A DNA stretch of 64,000 bases. Origin: an archaeon. Lineage in GTDB: Archaea > SpSt-1190 > DYHY01. This document shows positions 18,116 to 27,172 of the stretch, in pieces (position 1 is the first letter of the stretch; the number at the start of each line of letters is the position of its first letter). The notes under the pieces are model-generated. The model did no database searches, was not told where the DNA came from, and saw only the letters and a program-made list of their open reading frames with translations. The stretch spans positions 26,017 through 90,016 of the forward strand of contig JAZDJS010000015.1 in the NCBI GenBank assembly GCA_043803745.1. Direction: 5' to 3'. Both the position numbers and the translations under genes were made by a program.

Positions 18116-18642
18116 TTTCCTAACGTGAACCTCTCAATTGTTTCATGTACTGCGCCGGTCTCACCCAACCTGCTTTCTTTTAATAATATCTCCTTTGCGA
18201 TAAAGGAGCCAAACTCGAGTTCTCCGAACTTGTCAAAAATCCCCCCGAAATTTCCCTTCAGGAGCTTTACGCGCCCGATAGTTATGTGCGGTCTGAATGC
18301 CCCCGGTCCCGCCTCTGGGACGCCCAATCTTTCCAGTTCATACGCGCCCCGGCACTGCGCAAAGACGACCCGCGGGCTGGCTTGGTTCGGGAAAGCGGAA
18401 ATTCCCCTGACATTGATGGGGAACGGCAGTGTTTTCTCGGAGACACGTCGCCATCTTTCCGAAATCCCTCCTAGCGCATCCGCGGCAACATCCCCGAGAA
18501 ATTCCAGATTGATGTGGTACTGGGTCGGCTCGACATAATTCATCGGAACCCCGAATTGTTTCAGTTCCCTCGAGACGAGGGCAATATTGTTTTTGACCGC
18601 GCTGTCCGGCTCAATGCAGACGAAACATCGTTTGGTTTCCAT
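18106..18642 (-). CDS. thpR: RNA 2',3'-cyclic phosphodiesterase (2H family)
   Basis: RCFVCI, YHINLEFLG, PRVVF and FRPHITIGR motifs. Confidence 0.9.
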   Translation of the reverse strand: METKRCFVCIEPDSAVKNNIALVSRELKQFGVPMNYVEPTQYHINLEFLGDVAADALGGISERWRRVSEKTLPFPINVRGISAFPNQASPRVVFAQCRGAYELERLGVPEAGPGAFRPHITIGRVKLLKGNFGGIFDKFGELEFGSFIAKEILLKESRLGETGAVHETIERFTLGKWQ

Positions 18643-18702
18643 TCTAGGGTGAATGCTTTAAAGGAGTACAAATCATTTTCCTTTTTGGAGCGCAGACTAG
18701 AA

Positions 18703-19377
18703 ATGCAATCGGCAAAGAAAGGTGTCGTCGTCTTAAAGGTCGGAGGTTCAGTGGCTTTCCCGGGAAAGCCGGACCCGGAGGTGATAAACAAGCTTGTCGA
18801 ATACATCAACCAGTTCAAAAGCCAGGGGAAGCGGGTTGCCGTTATCGTCGGCGGAGGGAAGCTTGTCCGTGATTATGTTTCAGCCTTAAGGGGAACTGGG
18901 ATGAACGAGGCATTCCTCGATGAATTGGGAATCCTGATAGGGCGGCTCAACGCGCGGGTCGTTGCAAAAATGGCGGACGGCCGGTTTGTCGAAACCCTTG
19001 AACAGGCAAGATATGTTGTCGAGGAGGGCATCGTCCCCGTGATGGGCGGGATGATTCCGGGACAGAGCCACGATGCCGTTGCCGCGGTAGTCGCGGAATA
19101 TTTGGAGGCCGAACATCTATACATCCTCACCGATGTCGGCGGCGTTTACGACAAGGACCCGAAGATTAGCTCCGACGCCCGGCTTTTGCCAAATCTTTCC
19201 TTTTCCGAGATGATACGCCTCTGCGAAGGGCTCGAGAGCAAGGCAGGAAACTACCCTATATTCGATTTCGTCGCCGCAAAGGTAATTTCCCGTTCGAAGA
19301 TAAGAACCACCCTGTGCAAATTCGAGAACCTTACCCTTGCAACGGAAGGAAAGTCAGGAACTTTGGTTGATGGCTGA
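18703..19377 (+). CDS. pyrH: UMP kinase
   Basis: VLKVGGS, VGGG, PGQSHDAVAA and TDVGGVYDKDP motifs. Confidence 0.93.
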   Translation: MQSAKKGVVVLKVGGSVAFPGKPDPEVINKLVEYINQFKSQGKRVAVIVGGGKLVRDYVSALRGTGMNEAFLDELGILIGRLNARVVAKMADGRFVETLEQARYVVEEGIVPVMGGMIPGQSHDAVAAVVAEYLEAEHLYILTDVGGVYDKDPKISSDARLLPNLSFSEMIRLCEGLESKAGNYPIFDFVAAKVISRSKIRTTLCKFENLTLATEGKSGTLVDG

Positions 19378-19921
19378 ACCGGAAGCGCGGAAGGTAATAG
19401 CGGTCGTCGGAATGCCGGGTAGCGGCAAGGGGACTTTTTGCGAGGTTGCGGCAGAGCTCGGATGGATGGTGATAACTTTCCGGGAAGTCGCAGTCGAAGC
19501 AACAAAAAAGCACGATGCAAGCAACGACGCTCTCGCAATCCACCGTGTGGCGGACCGCCTTCGGAAGGAAATAGGTCCCGATTGGATAGCGCGAGAAATT
19601 GCGGGAAGGATGAAATCTCTCAGCGGGAAAATATGTCTTGATGATATGCGCACCCCCGAGGAACTCCGTTTTCTCAAAGGCGCCTTTCCCGAACTGAAGG
19701 TAATAGGAATCTCGGCCCAAAAGGAAGACCGGTTCGACAGGCTGATAAGACGGAACAGATGGGACGACCATGTGGACCGGGAAACATTGGAGAAGAAGGA
19801 TTCCGGCGGGGGCGCGTGGGGAATTCCCTCTCTTCTGGAAAAGTCGGACTTTCTGGTCGAGAACGCCGGGGCTCTGGAAGAGTTCAGATCGGCGTCGAGG
19901 AAAATCTTGGAGGGCGTTTGA
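19370..19921 (+). CDS. UPF0200 P-loop kinase (dephospho-CoA kinase-like)
   Basis: VVGMPGSGKG Walker A, DDMR..EE, RFDRL..R.R.DD. Confidence 0.85.
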   Translation: MAEPEARKVIAVVGMPGSGKGTFCEVAAELGWMVITFREVAVEATKKHDASNDALAIHRVADRLRKEIGPDWIAREIAGRMKSLSGKICLDDMRTPEELRFLKGAFPELKVIGISAQKEDRFDRLIRRNRWDDHVDRETLEKKDSGGGAWGIPSLLEKSDFLVENAGALEEFRSASRKILEGV

Positions 19922-19926
19922 AAAAA

Positions 19927-20370
19927 ATGTCCGGAATCATCCTGAAAATATCCGCCGAAATCAACCCGACAGAGTCCGAGGAAAAACTCCGCACAGCGCT
20001 GTTTGGCCTGTTTGAGGACGTCCGGTTCGAGCGCGTGAGAAATAATCTGTCCGGAACCTCGGAAAGCAGCCAAGACCTTGAAAAACTCCGCGCAAAAATA
20101 TTCGAGAAACGGATTATCGACACGGTGCGTTCGAGGCTTTTCCGGAATTCAGCAGGCACCCAGACAACTATCCTTCTCCACAAGCAGGCTCTCGCCGCCG
20201 GGAGAATCGCTGTTGTTGACTTGCCCGATGAAAGTCCCCTCGGTGCAGTGGAACTTTCCGTTTCCGCTCCGTCTTCCGAAGAATTGGAGAATTTTATAAA
20301 CTGGTTTTCCCCTGAGACTAGGGAGGGGGTTGTTGTTTCGATTGAAGGGAAGGAAAAGGACCGCTACTGA
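19927..20370 (+). CDS. UPF0201 RNA-binding protein
   Basis: INPTESEEK, I.DTVRS.L, LHKQA and ESPLG motifs. Confidence 0.85.
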   Translation: MSGIILKISAEINPTESEEKLRTALFGLFEDVRFERVRNNLSGTSESSQDLEKLRAKIFEKRIIDTVRSRLFRNSAGTQTTILLHKQALAAGRIAVVDLPDESPLGAVELSVSAPSSEELENFINWFSPETREGVVVSIEGKEKDRY

Positions 20371-20998
20371 AGCTCTTTTGTTCCTGAACACCCTCGATTC
20401 CGGAGGGCTTGCCGCCGGTGCAATACTCTCAGCACTCCTGATTCTTTCCGGCGTGCGCTATCTTGCGCTTCTTTTGGTTTTCTTCGTCCTCGCCGCGGTT
20501 TTTACAAAACTCGGCTCAAAGAGGAAGGGAAATCACAGGCCGCGAGGATGGCGCAACGTTCTCGCGAACGGAATCTTTCCGACATTCGCAGCAGTTGTGG
20601 GCAGCCCGCAATTGTTTGTCGGAGCGCTTTCAGCAGTGACCGCCGACAAGCTTGCGGGAGAAATAGGGCAGCTTTCCGACAGAAAGCCTATTTTGATAAC
20701 TGACTGGGAAACGCAAGTTCCCCGTGGAACGAACGGGGGGATAACCCTTCTCGGGGAAAGTTCGGCCGTTTTAGCGGGATCAGTCATCGGCGCGGTTTCA
20801 TTCGTTCTTCTGGGCAGGTTCGCGCCTCCCCTGTACCTTTTTGCCGGAGTTGTTAGCGGTTTCCTCGGGGCCAATTTTGACAGTATCCTAGGGGCCGTTT
20901 TTGAAAACAGGGGACTCCTTGACAAGCACGGGGTGAATTTCCTCGCATCCGTTTTCGGCGGCATTGTTTCATTGGCAATTTTCAGGTTTTTCCTCTGA
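20330..20998 (+). CDS. DUF92 (TMEM19-like) membrane protein
   Basis: RGWRNVLANG, ADKLAGEIG, GTNGGITLLG and DSILGA motifs. Confidence 0.88.
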   Translation: MLFRLKGRKRTATEALLFLNTLDSGGLAAGAILSALLILSGVRYLALLLVFFVLAAVFTKLGSKRKGNHRPRGWRNVLANGIFPTFAAVVGSPQLFVGALSAVTADKLAGEIGQLSDRKPILITDWETQVPRGTNGGITLLGESSAVLAGSVIGAVSFVLLGRFAPPLYLFAGVVSGFLGANFDSILGAVFENRGLLDKHGVNFLASVFGGIVSLAIFRFFL

Positions 20999-21156
20999 AA
21001 ACAAGCAATTTGTAGAAGTTAAGGGGCGGTGCAGTCTTGATCGGCGGTTCCCGTGGCGAGCCTTTTGGAAGCCCTAATTCGCCTGAAAACATTTATATAA
21101 CAGCGCAGACGTTTATTTCATCAATTACACTGATTGGAGAAGGTGAAAAAACCAAA

Positions 21157-21438
21157 ATGGCAGCACTGGGGCAACAACAAAGCGAAGAAATGCAGAAACA
21201 CTCGAGAACGCTTCTTGGAAAGGTTATTGTAAGCAAGGAAGGGCGCAAGTTCGGGGAGGTCGGCGACATCCGATTCGACCCAAGAACCGGCGAGCTGATA
21301 GACCTATTGATAACCAAGCCAACCGAATATTGCCGGAGCGTTGTTGCCGGAGACAAGTCCGGAATTTTCCGCGTTCCGTTCTCAGCAGTCATTTCCGTCG
21401 GGGATTTCTTGATCGTCTCCGAAGAGGACATTGTCTGA
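21157..21438 (+). CDS. PRC-barrel domain protein (CdpB-like)
   Basis: LLGKVIVSKEGRKFGEV.DI.FD..TG and VPF.AV.SVGDF.IV. Confidence 0.88.
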   Translation: MAALGQQQSEEMQKHSRTLLGKVIVSKEGRKFGEVGDIRFDPRTGELIDLLITKPTEYCRSVVAGDKSGIFRVPFSAVISVGDFLIVSEEDIV

Positions 21439-21447
21439 TAGGAACGG

Positions 21448-22851
21448 TCAGAGATCCGCGGCAATTTCGGGATAGCGGACGAGTCGTTCCCTGAAAACGG
21501 CGACTATTCTCTTCAACTCCACTTCGGTCCTTCCCTCGAACCTCATTGAGAAAACAGGCTCCCCATTCGAAACGCGCACAAGCCCCCAGCCATAGCCGAA
21601 ATCCACCCGCGCGCCGTCTATGCCCAAGACGCGCGAACCCCATTCTTCTTTGAAATCGGCGACAATCCGGTCCATCAATTCGAATTTCTTTTCCTCGGGC
21701 GTTCCGGTATATGCGAATCTGAACTCCTGAGTTGAATGGTACTTTGGGATGTCCGAGAGAAGTTCGGACAGTTTTTTCCCGCTCTCCGACACGATTCGGC
21801 AGATTCGTCCGGCTGCGTAAAGCGATTCGGAAAGCCAAGTCCGCCCGTCCGGAAGGACGAAGAACATGTGCCCGCTCATTTCCCCGGCGAGAACAGCCCC
21901 CTCCTCAAACATCTTGTCCTCGATTTTCGTCCTTCCAGTTTTCCAGAGTATTGGGACGCCTCCATGCGCCTTTATGTCATCGAGTACGGACTGGGAGCAT
22001 TTTATCTCAACAACGACCTTCGCGCCGGCGTTCTTTCCAAGCAAGTCTCTTGCGTAAAGAATCAAAAAACCGTCCGCCCAGACGATTTTTCCGGCTTCGT
22101 CGACCCCCGCAATCCGGTCCCCGTCCGCGTCAAACATCAGGCCAAGATCGCATTTTTTCGCCCTCACAGCCGCAATTAGCTGGGGATAATACTCCGGTTT
22201 CACAGTGTCTGGAGGGTGGTTCGGATAGTTCGGGTCGCTCTTGCAGTTTATTGGAACAACCACATGCCCTAGCTTTTTCAGATAGGGAACTATGAATTTC
22301 CCGACGACCCCGTTTCCGCAGTCGACGGCAACTTTCAGCTTCTTTTTGGGCCTCAGTCCGGCTGCAAGCGCAGCGAGGTAGCTTCTGAAAATGTTCTTCT
22401 TGACAACCTTTCCCCTGCGCACTCCCCTTTCGAAATTTCCCGCCAACGCGAAATCCCTTACCGTTTCTATCGTTTCCCCCCCGCGGTCGCGCCCATCCAT
22501 CACGAATTTTACCCCGTTGTATTTCGCCGGGTTGTGGCTTGCCGAAACAACGAGCCCTGCGCGTATCTTTAGATGCGCGCATGCGAAAAGTATGCAAGGG
22601 GTTGTGATTTCCCCGACATTGACAACGTCAAGCCCGCTCCACGCAAGTCCCCTGATTAGCGCCCCGGTCAAGCTTGGCGAACTTTCCCTATTGTCGCATC
22701 CGACAGCAATTTTTTTTGCACCCATTGAAATGACATATCTCGCGAAAGCCTTGCCAAAAAGTTCCATTCTTTCGGGATCAAGGTCCTCACCGACCAGGCC
22801 CCTAATGTCATATGCCCTGAAGATTGCCGGATTGACCTTCGAGTCTGCCAT
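21448..22851 (-). CDS. phosphomannomutase/phosphoglucomutase
   Basis: FRAYDIRG, SASHNP, FDADGDR, GEMSGH and DGARV motifs. Confidence 0.95.
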   Translation of the reverse strand: MADSKVNPAIFRAYDIRGLVGEDLDPERMELFGKAFARYVISMGAKKIAVGCDNRESSPSLTGALIRGLAWSGLDVVNVGEITTPCILFACAHLKIRAGLVVSASHNPAKYNGVKFVMDGRDRGGETIETVRDFALAGNFERGVRRGKVVKKNIFRSYLAALAAGLRPKKKLKVAVDCGNGVVGKFIVPYLKKLGHVVVPINCKSDPNYPNHPPDTVKPEYYPQLIAAVRAKKCDLGLMFDADGDRIAGVDEAGKIVWADGFLILYARDLLGKNAGAKVVVEIKCSQSVLDDIKAHGGVPILWKTGRTKIEDKMFEEGAVLAGEMSGHMFFVLPDGRTWLSESLYAAGRICRIVSESGKKLSELLSDIPKYHSTQEFRFAYTGTPEEKKFELMDRIVADFKEEWGSRVLGIDGARVDFGYGWGLVRVSNGEPVFSMRFEGRTEVELKRIVAVFRERLVRYPEIAADL

Positions 22852-22884
22852 AGTAATACACTGTAATACATTTTCTCGTTTCAT

Positions 22885-23562
22885 TTATAAAACTGACACA
22901 AGCCCTGCCGCCTTAAGCCCTTCGGCAAGCCCTTCGGCAAGCCCTTCGGCAAGCCCTTCGGCAAGCCCGTTGAAGACGAATTGAACTGCAATCGCGGCAA
23001 GAACAAGCCCCATTACGCGGACAACAACCTTCACCGCAATTGGCCCCGTCTTTTCAAATACGCGCGCCCCGAGCTCGATGGCAAACCAGGACAGCAGGAA
23101 CGCCGCGAGAATCGCGACAAGCACAAGCGGTTTTTGTACGAGAGTCGCCGAATCGAAAAGAACAATCGCGGTGGTTATCGCGCCTGGGCCGGTAAGGAGC
23201 GGAATTGCCATCGGCGTCACGACGACATCTTCGATTTCCCTTGCAAGTTTGTGTTCTTCGTCGCTGTATTCGGTTTTCGTGTGCTTCCCGAAAAGCATCT
23301 CGAGCGAGATTATGAAAAGGAGAATCCCCCCAGCAACCTTGAATGAGTACATCGAAACTCCTAGCGCATCGAAAAAGAACTTTCCGGCAACGGCAAGCGT
23401 CATAAGCACGCTGCACGCGATAATCAGCGCCTGCCTGACCATCTTCTTTCTTGCCCGGGCCTTCCGCAAGTGCAAGATTGAGCCAAATATGGGGATGTTC
23501 GCGACGGGGTCTATTATCAGAAAGAGGGTGATTGTGCAGTAAGCGAAGAAGCCAAAGTCCAT
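22885..23562 (-). CDS. MarC family membrane protein
   Basis: IIDPVANIP, AGGILLF, PMAIPLLTGPG and RVMGLVLAAIAVQ motifs. Confidence 0.92.
   Translation of the reverse strand: MDFGFFAYCTITLFLIIDPVANIPIFGSILHLRKARARKKMVRQALIIACSVLMTLAVAGKFFFDALGVSMYSFKVAGGILLFIISLEMLFGKHTKTEYSDEEHKLAREIEDVVVTPMAIPLLTGPGAITTAIVLFDSATLVQKPLVLVAILAAFLLSWFAIELGARVFEKTGPIAVKVVVRVMGLVLAAIAVQFVFNGLAEGLAEGLAEGLAEGLKAAGLVSVL
22915..22968. repeat. 12-bp tandem repeat (AAGCCCTTCGGC)x4.5 in the MarC gene 3' end
   Basis: perfect copies encoding (GLAE)x4. Confidence 0.95.
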
Positions 23563-23570
23563 CAGTTTCC

Positions 23571-24164
23571 TCAGTCAACCGTCTTATTTATCCCTTTTTC
23601 CCTGGACGTCAGTCTCATCCAGGAGAGCCAAACCAAGAGTATTAGGGAAATCATCCCGAATTTCCAAAGAACGGAATGAACGACCTCTGTAAATGCGGGG
23701 ATTCTCACAGCAACAAAAAGAACGGTCACTAGCCGGGCGAGGTTTGCCAGATACATTACAAGGGAACCCACAATAATTCCGAACGCCTTTTCTTTCGCGC
23801 TTCTGTTCGGCACGGCTATTACAAGGGCGATGAATGCGAAAACGTCCTTCCAGGCAACGCAAGCCTCAATGACCTCGAGTATCACATTGGAGCTTTTCAC
23901 GAGATACCCTTCAGCGACAGCGGGATTCCCAAGCAGCCTGGAAACCGCCGCAACCTGCCCTGCAACGGTCTCCTGCGCGAAGCGGAAGTCCGCCTTCAAA
24001 TATATCAGCAGGTAGAGCGGGATTGCCATCGCGAAAAAAACCGCGAAAAAACCGGCGAAGGAAACCCAGTTTTCACCCAGCCTAACGAGAAACGAACGCA
24101 AGATATTCTCGCGCCCATGCCTTTTCACTTTCCTTTCCAATTTCGAGCGCCGTCCTGTCAACAA
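23571..24164 (-). CDS. archaeosortase/exosortase family protein
   Basis: Cys (IEAC), Arg (NLAR) and His (VVH) triad in a multipass membrane protein; start uncertain. Confidence 0.8.
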   Translation of the reverse strand: MLTGRRSKLERKVKRHGRENILRSFLVRLGENWVSFAGFFAVFFAMAIPLYLLIYLKADFRFAQETVAGQVAAVSRLLGNPAVAEGYLVKSSNVILEVIEACVAWKDVFAFIALVIAVPNRSAKEKAFGIIVGSLVMYLANLARLVTVLFVAVRIPAFTEVVHSVLWKFGMISLILLVWLSWMRLTSREKGINKTVD

Positions 24165-25092
24165 GGACGAACTCCCCGTTAAATATACTTTGCCCAGACA
24201 CTTTGACTATTTTGCACGGCAGATTGGTGCGTCCCGTTTCGCAAACAACGACTTTTATCCTGTTTCGGAAAATATCGCTTTCCGACAGCATGCTGCAATC
24301 TCCGACGTAAACGCATCCGTTTGCTGGCGCGCCCTTTTCCAGTATCGTCAGTTCTCCGCCGGCAAGGGAGCGCACGATTCTTTTCGCGTTTTCAAGTTCG
24401 AAGGAAACGGCGCGCACAGTTTCTCGGTTCTCAACGGAAACCTTTTCAATCACCCGTGCCCGAAGATTTAGCTTTTTGCCCAAAGCAATTTCAAGTTCCC
24501 CGTTTTTGGCTCTCAGGCGCAGCAGGGAGTTCTCGAGGAAGCGCACCCTCTCCGAGAGGATTCGCATCTTGAGCCGGATGGGAATTTCCGGCCCTTTCCG
24601 CCCGTCCGTTTTCTCAAGCGCCGCAGCCTCCTCAAAACTCAGGTTTGGAAGCGCGCCCTTCAATATCTGGAAAACGCGGGTTTCCCACTTTTCGCCCGAT
24701 TTTTTTCTCGCTCGATCAAAAAGCCCGGAATACGAGCCGAGGCAGAAAAGTGCGGCCGCAAGCGCATCCCGTTCATGCACGTCAAGCTTCCTGCCGGAGA
24801 CAATTTCCCGTTTGTCGGCAACGCCGAGGGAAAGTTCAGGACACCAGGTTCTGCAGGAGAATGCGCCCGCAAGTTTTCTTGTTGCCCCCTGGACGGGAAA
24901 AACGTCCGAAGCGAAAACGGCTGGAATGCAATAGTCTCCGACAATTTTCACGCAATCCTCAAACGATGCGCCTTTGATGCTTTTCACAAAAACGACATTG
25001 CCTTGGAAATCCACAATCCCGATTGCGCAGGTGTTCCCGGGGTCAAATCCAACAATTCCATAGGTTTCTTTAGGCATCTTTTTCGGACACAA
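24082..25092 (-). CDS. DUF460 domain protein
   Basis: IVGFDPG, ASDV.P and HERDALAAA motifs, followed by a coiled coil. Confidence 0.85.
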   Translation of the reverse strand: MCPKKMPKETYGIVGFDPGNTCAIGIVDFQGNVVFVKSIKGASFEDCVKIVGDYCIPAVFASDVFPVQGATRKLAGAFSCRTWCPELSLGVADKREIVSGRKLDVHERDALAAALFCLGSYSGLFDRARKKSGEKWETRVFQILKGALPNLSFEEAAALEKTDGRKGPEIPIRLKMRILSERVRFLENSLLRLRAKNGELEIALGKKLNLRARVIEKVSVENRETVRAVSFELENAKRIVRSLAGGELTILEKGAPANGCVYVGDCSMLSESDIFRNRIKVVVCETGRTNLPCKIVKVSGQSIFNGEFVLVDRTALEIGKESEKAWAREYLAFVSR

Positions 25093-25594
25093 TCCTTCGC
25101 GCGAAAGCTCTCCTTTTACTGTCTATTTCTGAAACGCAGGATCCCCTGCCCGGAACACCGTAAACTAGAATTGTTCCATCGGGCGCAAGGGCGCTTATTG
25201 CAAGGGCCGCAAGATCCTCTTCCCCCTCGACAAAAACCATTGTCCTGCGCTTCAGGGCCATTTTTGCAGCCGCCCACAAAGCAAGAGTTATTTTTCCCCT
25301 AGGGTTTTCGACGGAAATCCGCGTTTTTATCGGAAGTGCCCTTATCCGTTCAAGCAGATTTTCCGAAATTTTTCTCCTTCGGGTCCTGCCATCATAGAAA
25401 ACGCTGAATATGCTTCCCGAAGGAACCTTCAGGGCGCAAGAATCACCGACGACAACAATCTTCTTGCGAGCCGGAAAAAAAGACTCTGGAAAGCGTCCTC
25501 GAAAAACCCTTCCAGCGGGTTTCCTGAGGCGTGCGACAGCCTTCCTTTTCATGCAATATTCCTGTTCCGTTTTGTGTCGCCCCCTCCGGCCCAT
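25070..25594 (-). CDS. DUF359 family (GTP-dependent dephospho-CoA kinase)
   Basis: VVGD, DGRTRR, NPRG.I, V.GEEDLAAL and YGVPG.G motifs. Confidence 0.85.
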   Translation of the reverse strand: MGRRGRHKTEQEYCMKRKAVARLRKPAGRVFRGRFPESFFPARKKIVVVGDSCALKVPSGSIFSVFYDGRTRRRKISENLLERIRALPIKTRISVENPRGKITLALWAAAKMALKRRTMVFVEGEEDLAALAISALAPDGTILVYGVPGRGSCVSEIDSKRRAFARRIVSEKDA

Positions 25595-26424
25595 TTCCTC
25601 GCAGTTTCAAGGCAGTTTCTGAACGTTTTGTCGGAAACTTTCCTGACCCGTCCTTTAGACTCCTTCATAACCTCTATTAGCGTATGGCCCGCCCGGGCAC
25701 CCTTAATCAGCTGTTTGAATTGCCGCCTAAGCTCAGTGTTTCCGGAACTGAAAGGATAATGGTCGCCTAGCCCTTTAACAGCGTGCAAATGCAGTGCCCT
25801 TATCCGCTTTCCATATGTCCGGCCCCAATCCTTCGGCGACCGGTCCTCCCTTTCCACCGCTTTTCGCGAAAGTTTGTTCACAATCGTCGAGTGCCCAAAA
25901 TCGAAGCACAAACCGATCCCGGTTGCTTCCAGAATGAAATCGTTGTTTGACGCGAGTCCGAAAATCGGGTCTGGAGTGTTCTCGAAAGTTGCCGGAATCC
26001 CGAGTTTTTTTGAAAACCTGCCAAGTTCAAAGCAGCTTTTTCTTGAAGAATTTAGGACTGCTGAAAGCCAAACGAGGTTGTCCGCGCCGAGGGTCTCGCC
26101 GCAATCTCCGTGGAAGTTGAAATATGCCGGCTTGAATTGCTTGGTCCATTTCAGGAGATTTTTCAGGAAATTGACCGAACTAATCCGAAGCTCCTGCCAG
26201 GGACTTCCTATTTCAATCCCTTCCGGCGGGGCATGAAAAGCGAATTCGATTCCTTCTTTCCGCGCTGTAAAAAGTATCTTTTCAATATCCCTTTTTCCAA
26301 GGAGTTCAGGCCAGGGATAGTCGAGGGAAACCTCGACATAATCGAATCCGAGGCTTGCAGCCCGTTCAATCTCGTCCTCGATTGATGAAATGTTCCCGTA
26401 CCATACAGGCAAACCGAACTTCAT
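25549..26424 (-). CDS. sugar phosphate isomerase/epimerase (AP endonuclease 2 TIM-barrel family)
   Basis: GFDYVE, FHAP, FEN, CFDFGH, LHLH and DH motifs. Confidence 0.85.
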   Translation of the reverse strand: MKFGLPVWYGNISSIEDEIERAASLGFDYVEVSLDYPWPELLGKRDIEKILFTARKEGIEFAFHAPPEGIEIGSPWQELRISSVNFLKNLLKWTKQFKPAYFNFHGDCGETLGADNLVWLSAVLNSSRKSCFELGRFSKKLGIPATFENTPDPIFGLASNNDFILEATGIGLCFDFGHSTIVNKLSRKAVEREDRSPKDWGRTYGKRIRALHLHAVKGLGDHYPFSSGNTELRRQFKQLIKGARAGHTLIEVMKESKGRVRKVSDKTFRNCLETARKWAGGGDTKRNRNIA

Positions 26425-26516
26425 TTCAGGAAAGGCTCCCTAGTCAGCTATTTAGTTTTTCCCGGGGTTTTTAGGGAAAACACCTCTAGAAACGCTATTG
26501 TTAAATCCGACCTCTG

Positions 26517-26534
26517 TTGTACTATATTGGACAA
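26517..26534. promoter_or_regulatory. imperfect palindrome upstream of the Lrp gene; possible autoregulatory site
   Basis: TTGTACTATATTGGACAA, 14/18 self-complementary, immediately before ATG 26537. Confidence 0.4.
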
Positions 26535-26536
26535 AC

Positions 26537-26977
26537 ATGCACAGAGGCGCAAGCGAGAGAATACTTGATTTGCTTGAGCGCGATGCTTCCCTGACAAACC
26601 GCGAAATAGGGGAAAAACTTTCGCTTCCCACGACAACAGTCCACAACATAATAAGGCGTCTTGAGAAGGACGGTACAATAAGAAAATATTCGATTTTGAT
26701 AGACAAGGAGAAGCTCGGATATCCGATACAGGCAGTAATTTTAATTAACACAACCTTTGCCGGAAGCAAGTTGCCTGCACACGCAGAAATAGCCGCCAAA
26801 ATAAAGAAAATCGGAAAGGTTGATTGCATACATTCGATAACTGGCGAGTTTGACCTCCTTGTACGGGTCGCAGTCCGAAGCACAAGGGAACTTGGCGAAT
26901 TTGTTACAAAAGTGCGCAAAATTGACGGAGTAGTTAAAACGGTAACCTCAGTGGTTCTTGAGGAACTCAGCATTTGA
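26537..26977 (+). CDS. Lrp/AsnC family transcriptional regulator
   Basis: HTH (REIGEKLSLPTTTVHNIIRRLEKDG.I) and RAM domain (ITGEFDLL). Confidence 0.92.
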   Translation: MHRGASERILDLLERDASLTNREIGEKLSLPTTTVHNIIRRLEKDGTIRKYSILIDKEKLGYPIQAVILINTTFAGSKLPAHAEIAAKIKKIGKVDCIHSITGEFDLLVRVAVRSTRELGEFVTKVRKIDGVVKTVTSVVLEELSI

Positions 26978-27172
26978 CCTACGTGCAGTGAACTTATGTA
27001 ATTGTTGCGACGGAAAAAAGGTGTTCGGCGAAGCCCATTTGAGATTAAACAGATTCCTGCGCCTATTCAGCCTGTTGAAGACTGAATAAACAACCTTTCA
27101 CTTCAGTTGGGCTGAAAAAAGAACGCATTCTTCTTGAAATTGGCGAAAAAGACAACTCAATTCAAATTAGAT

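Noticed and set aside
26978-27172. Hairpin-rich gap between lrp and lhr (TATTCAGCC/GACTGAATA, TTCAG/CTGAA)
   Set aside because: Lies between convergent genes, so terminators suffice; no link to the repeat family and no credible ORF
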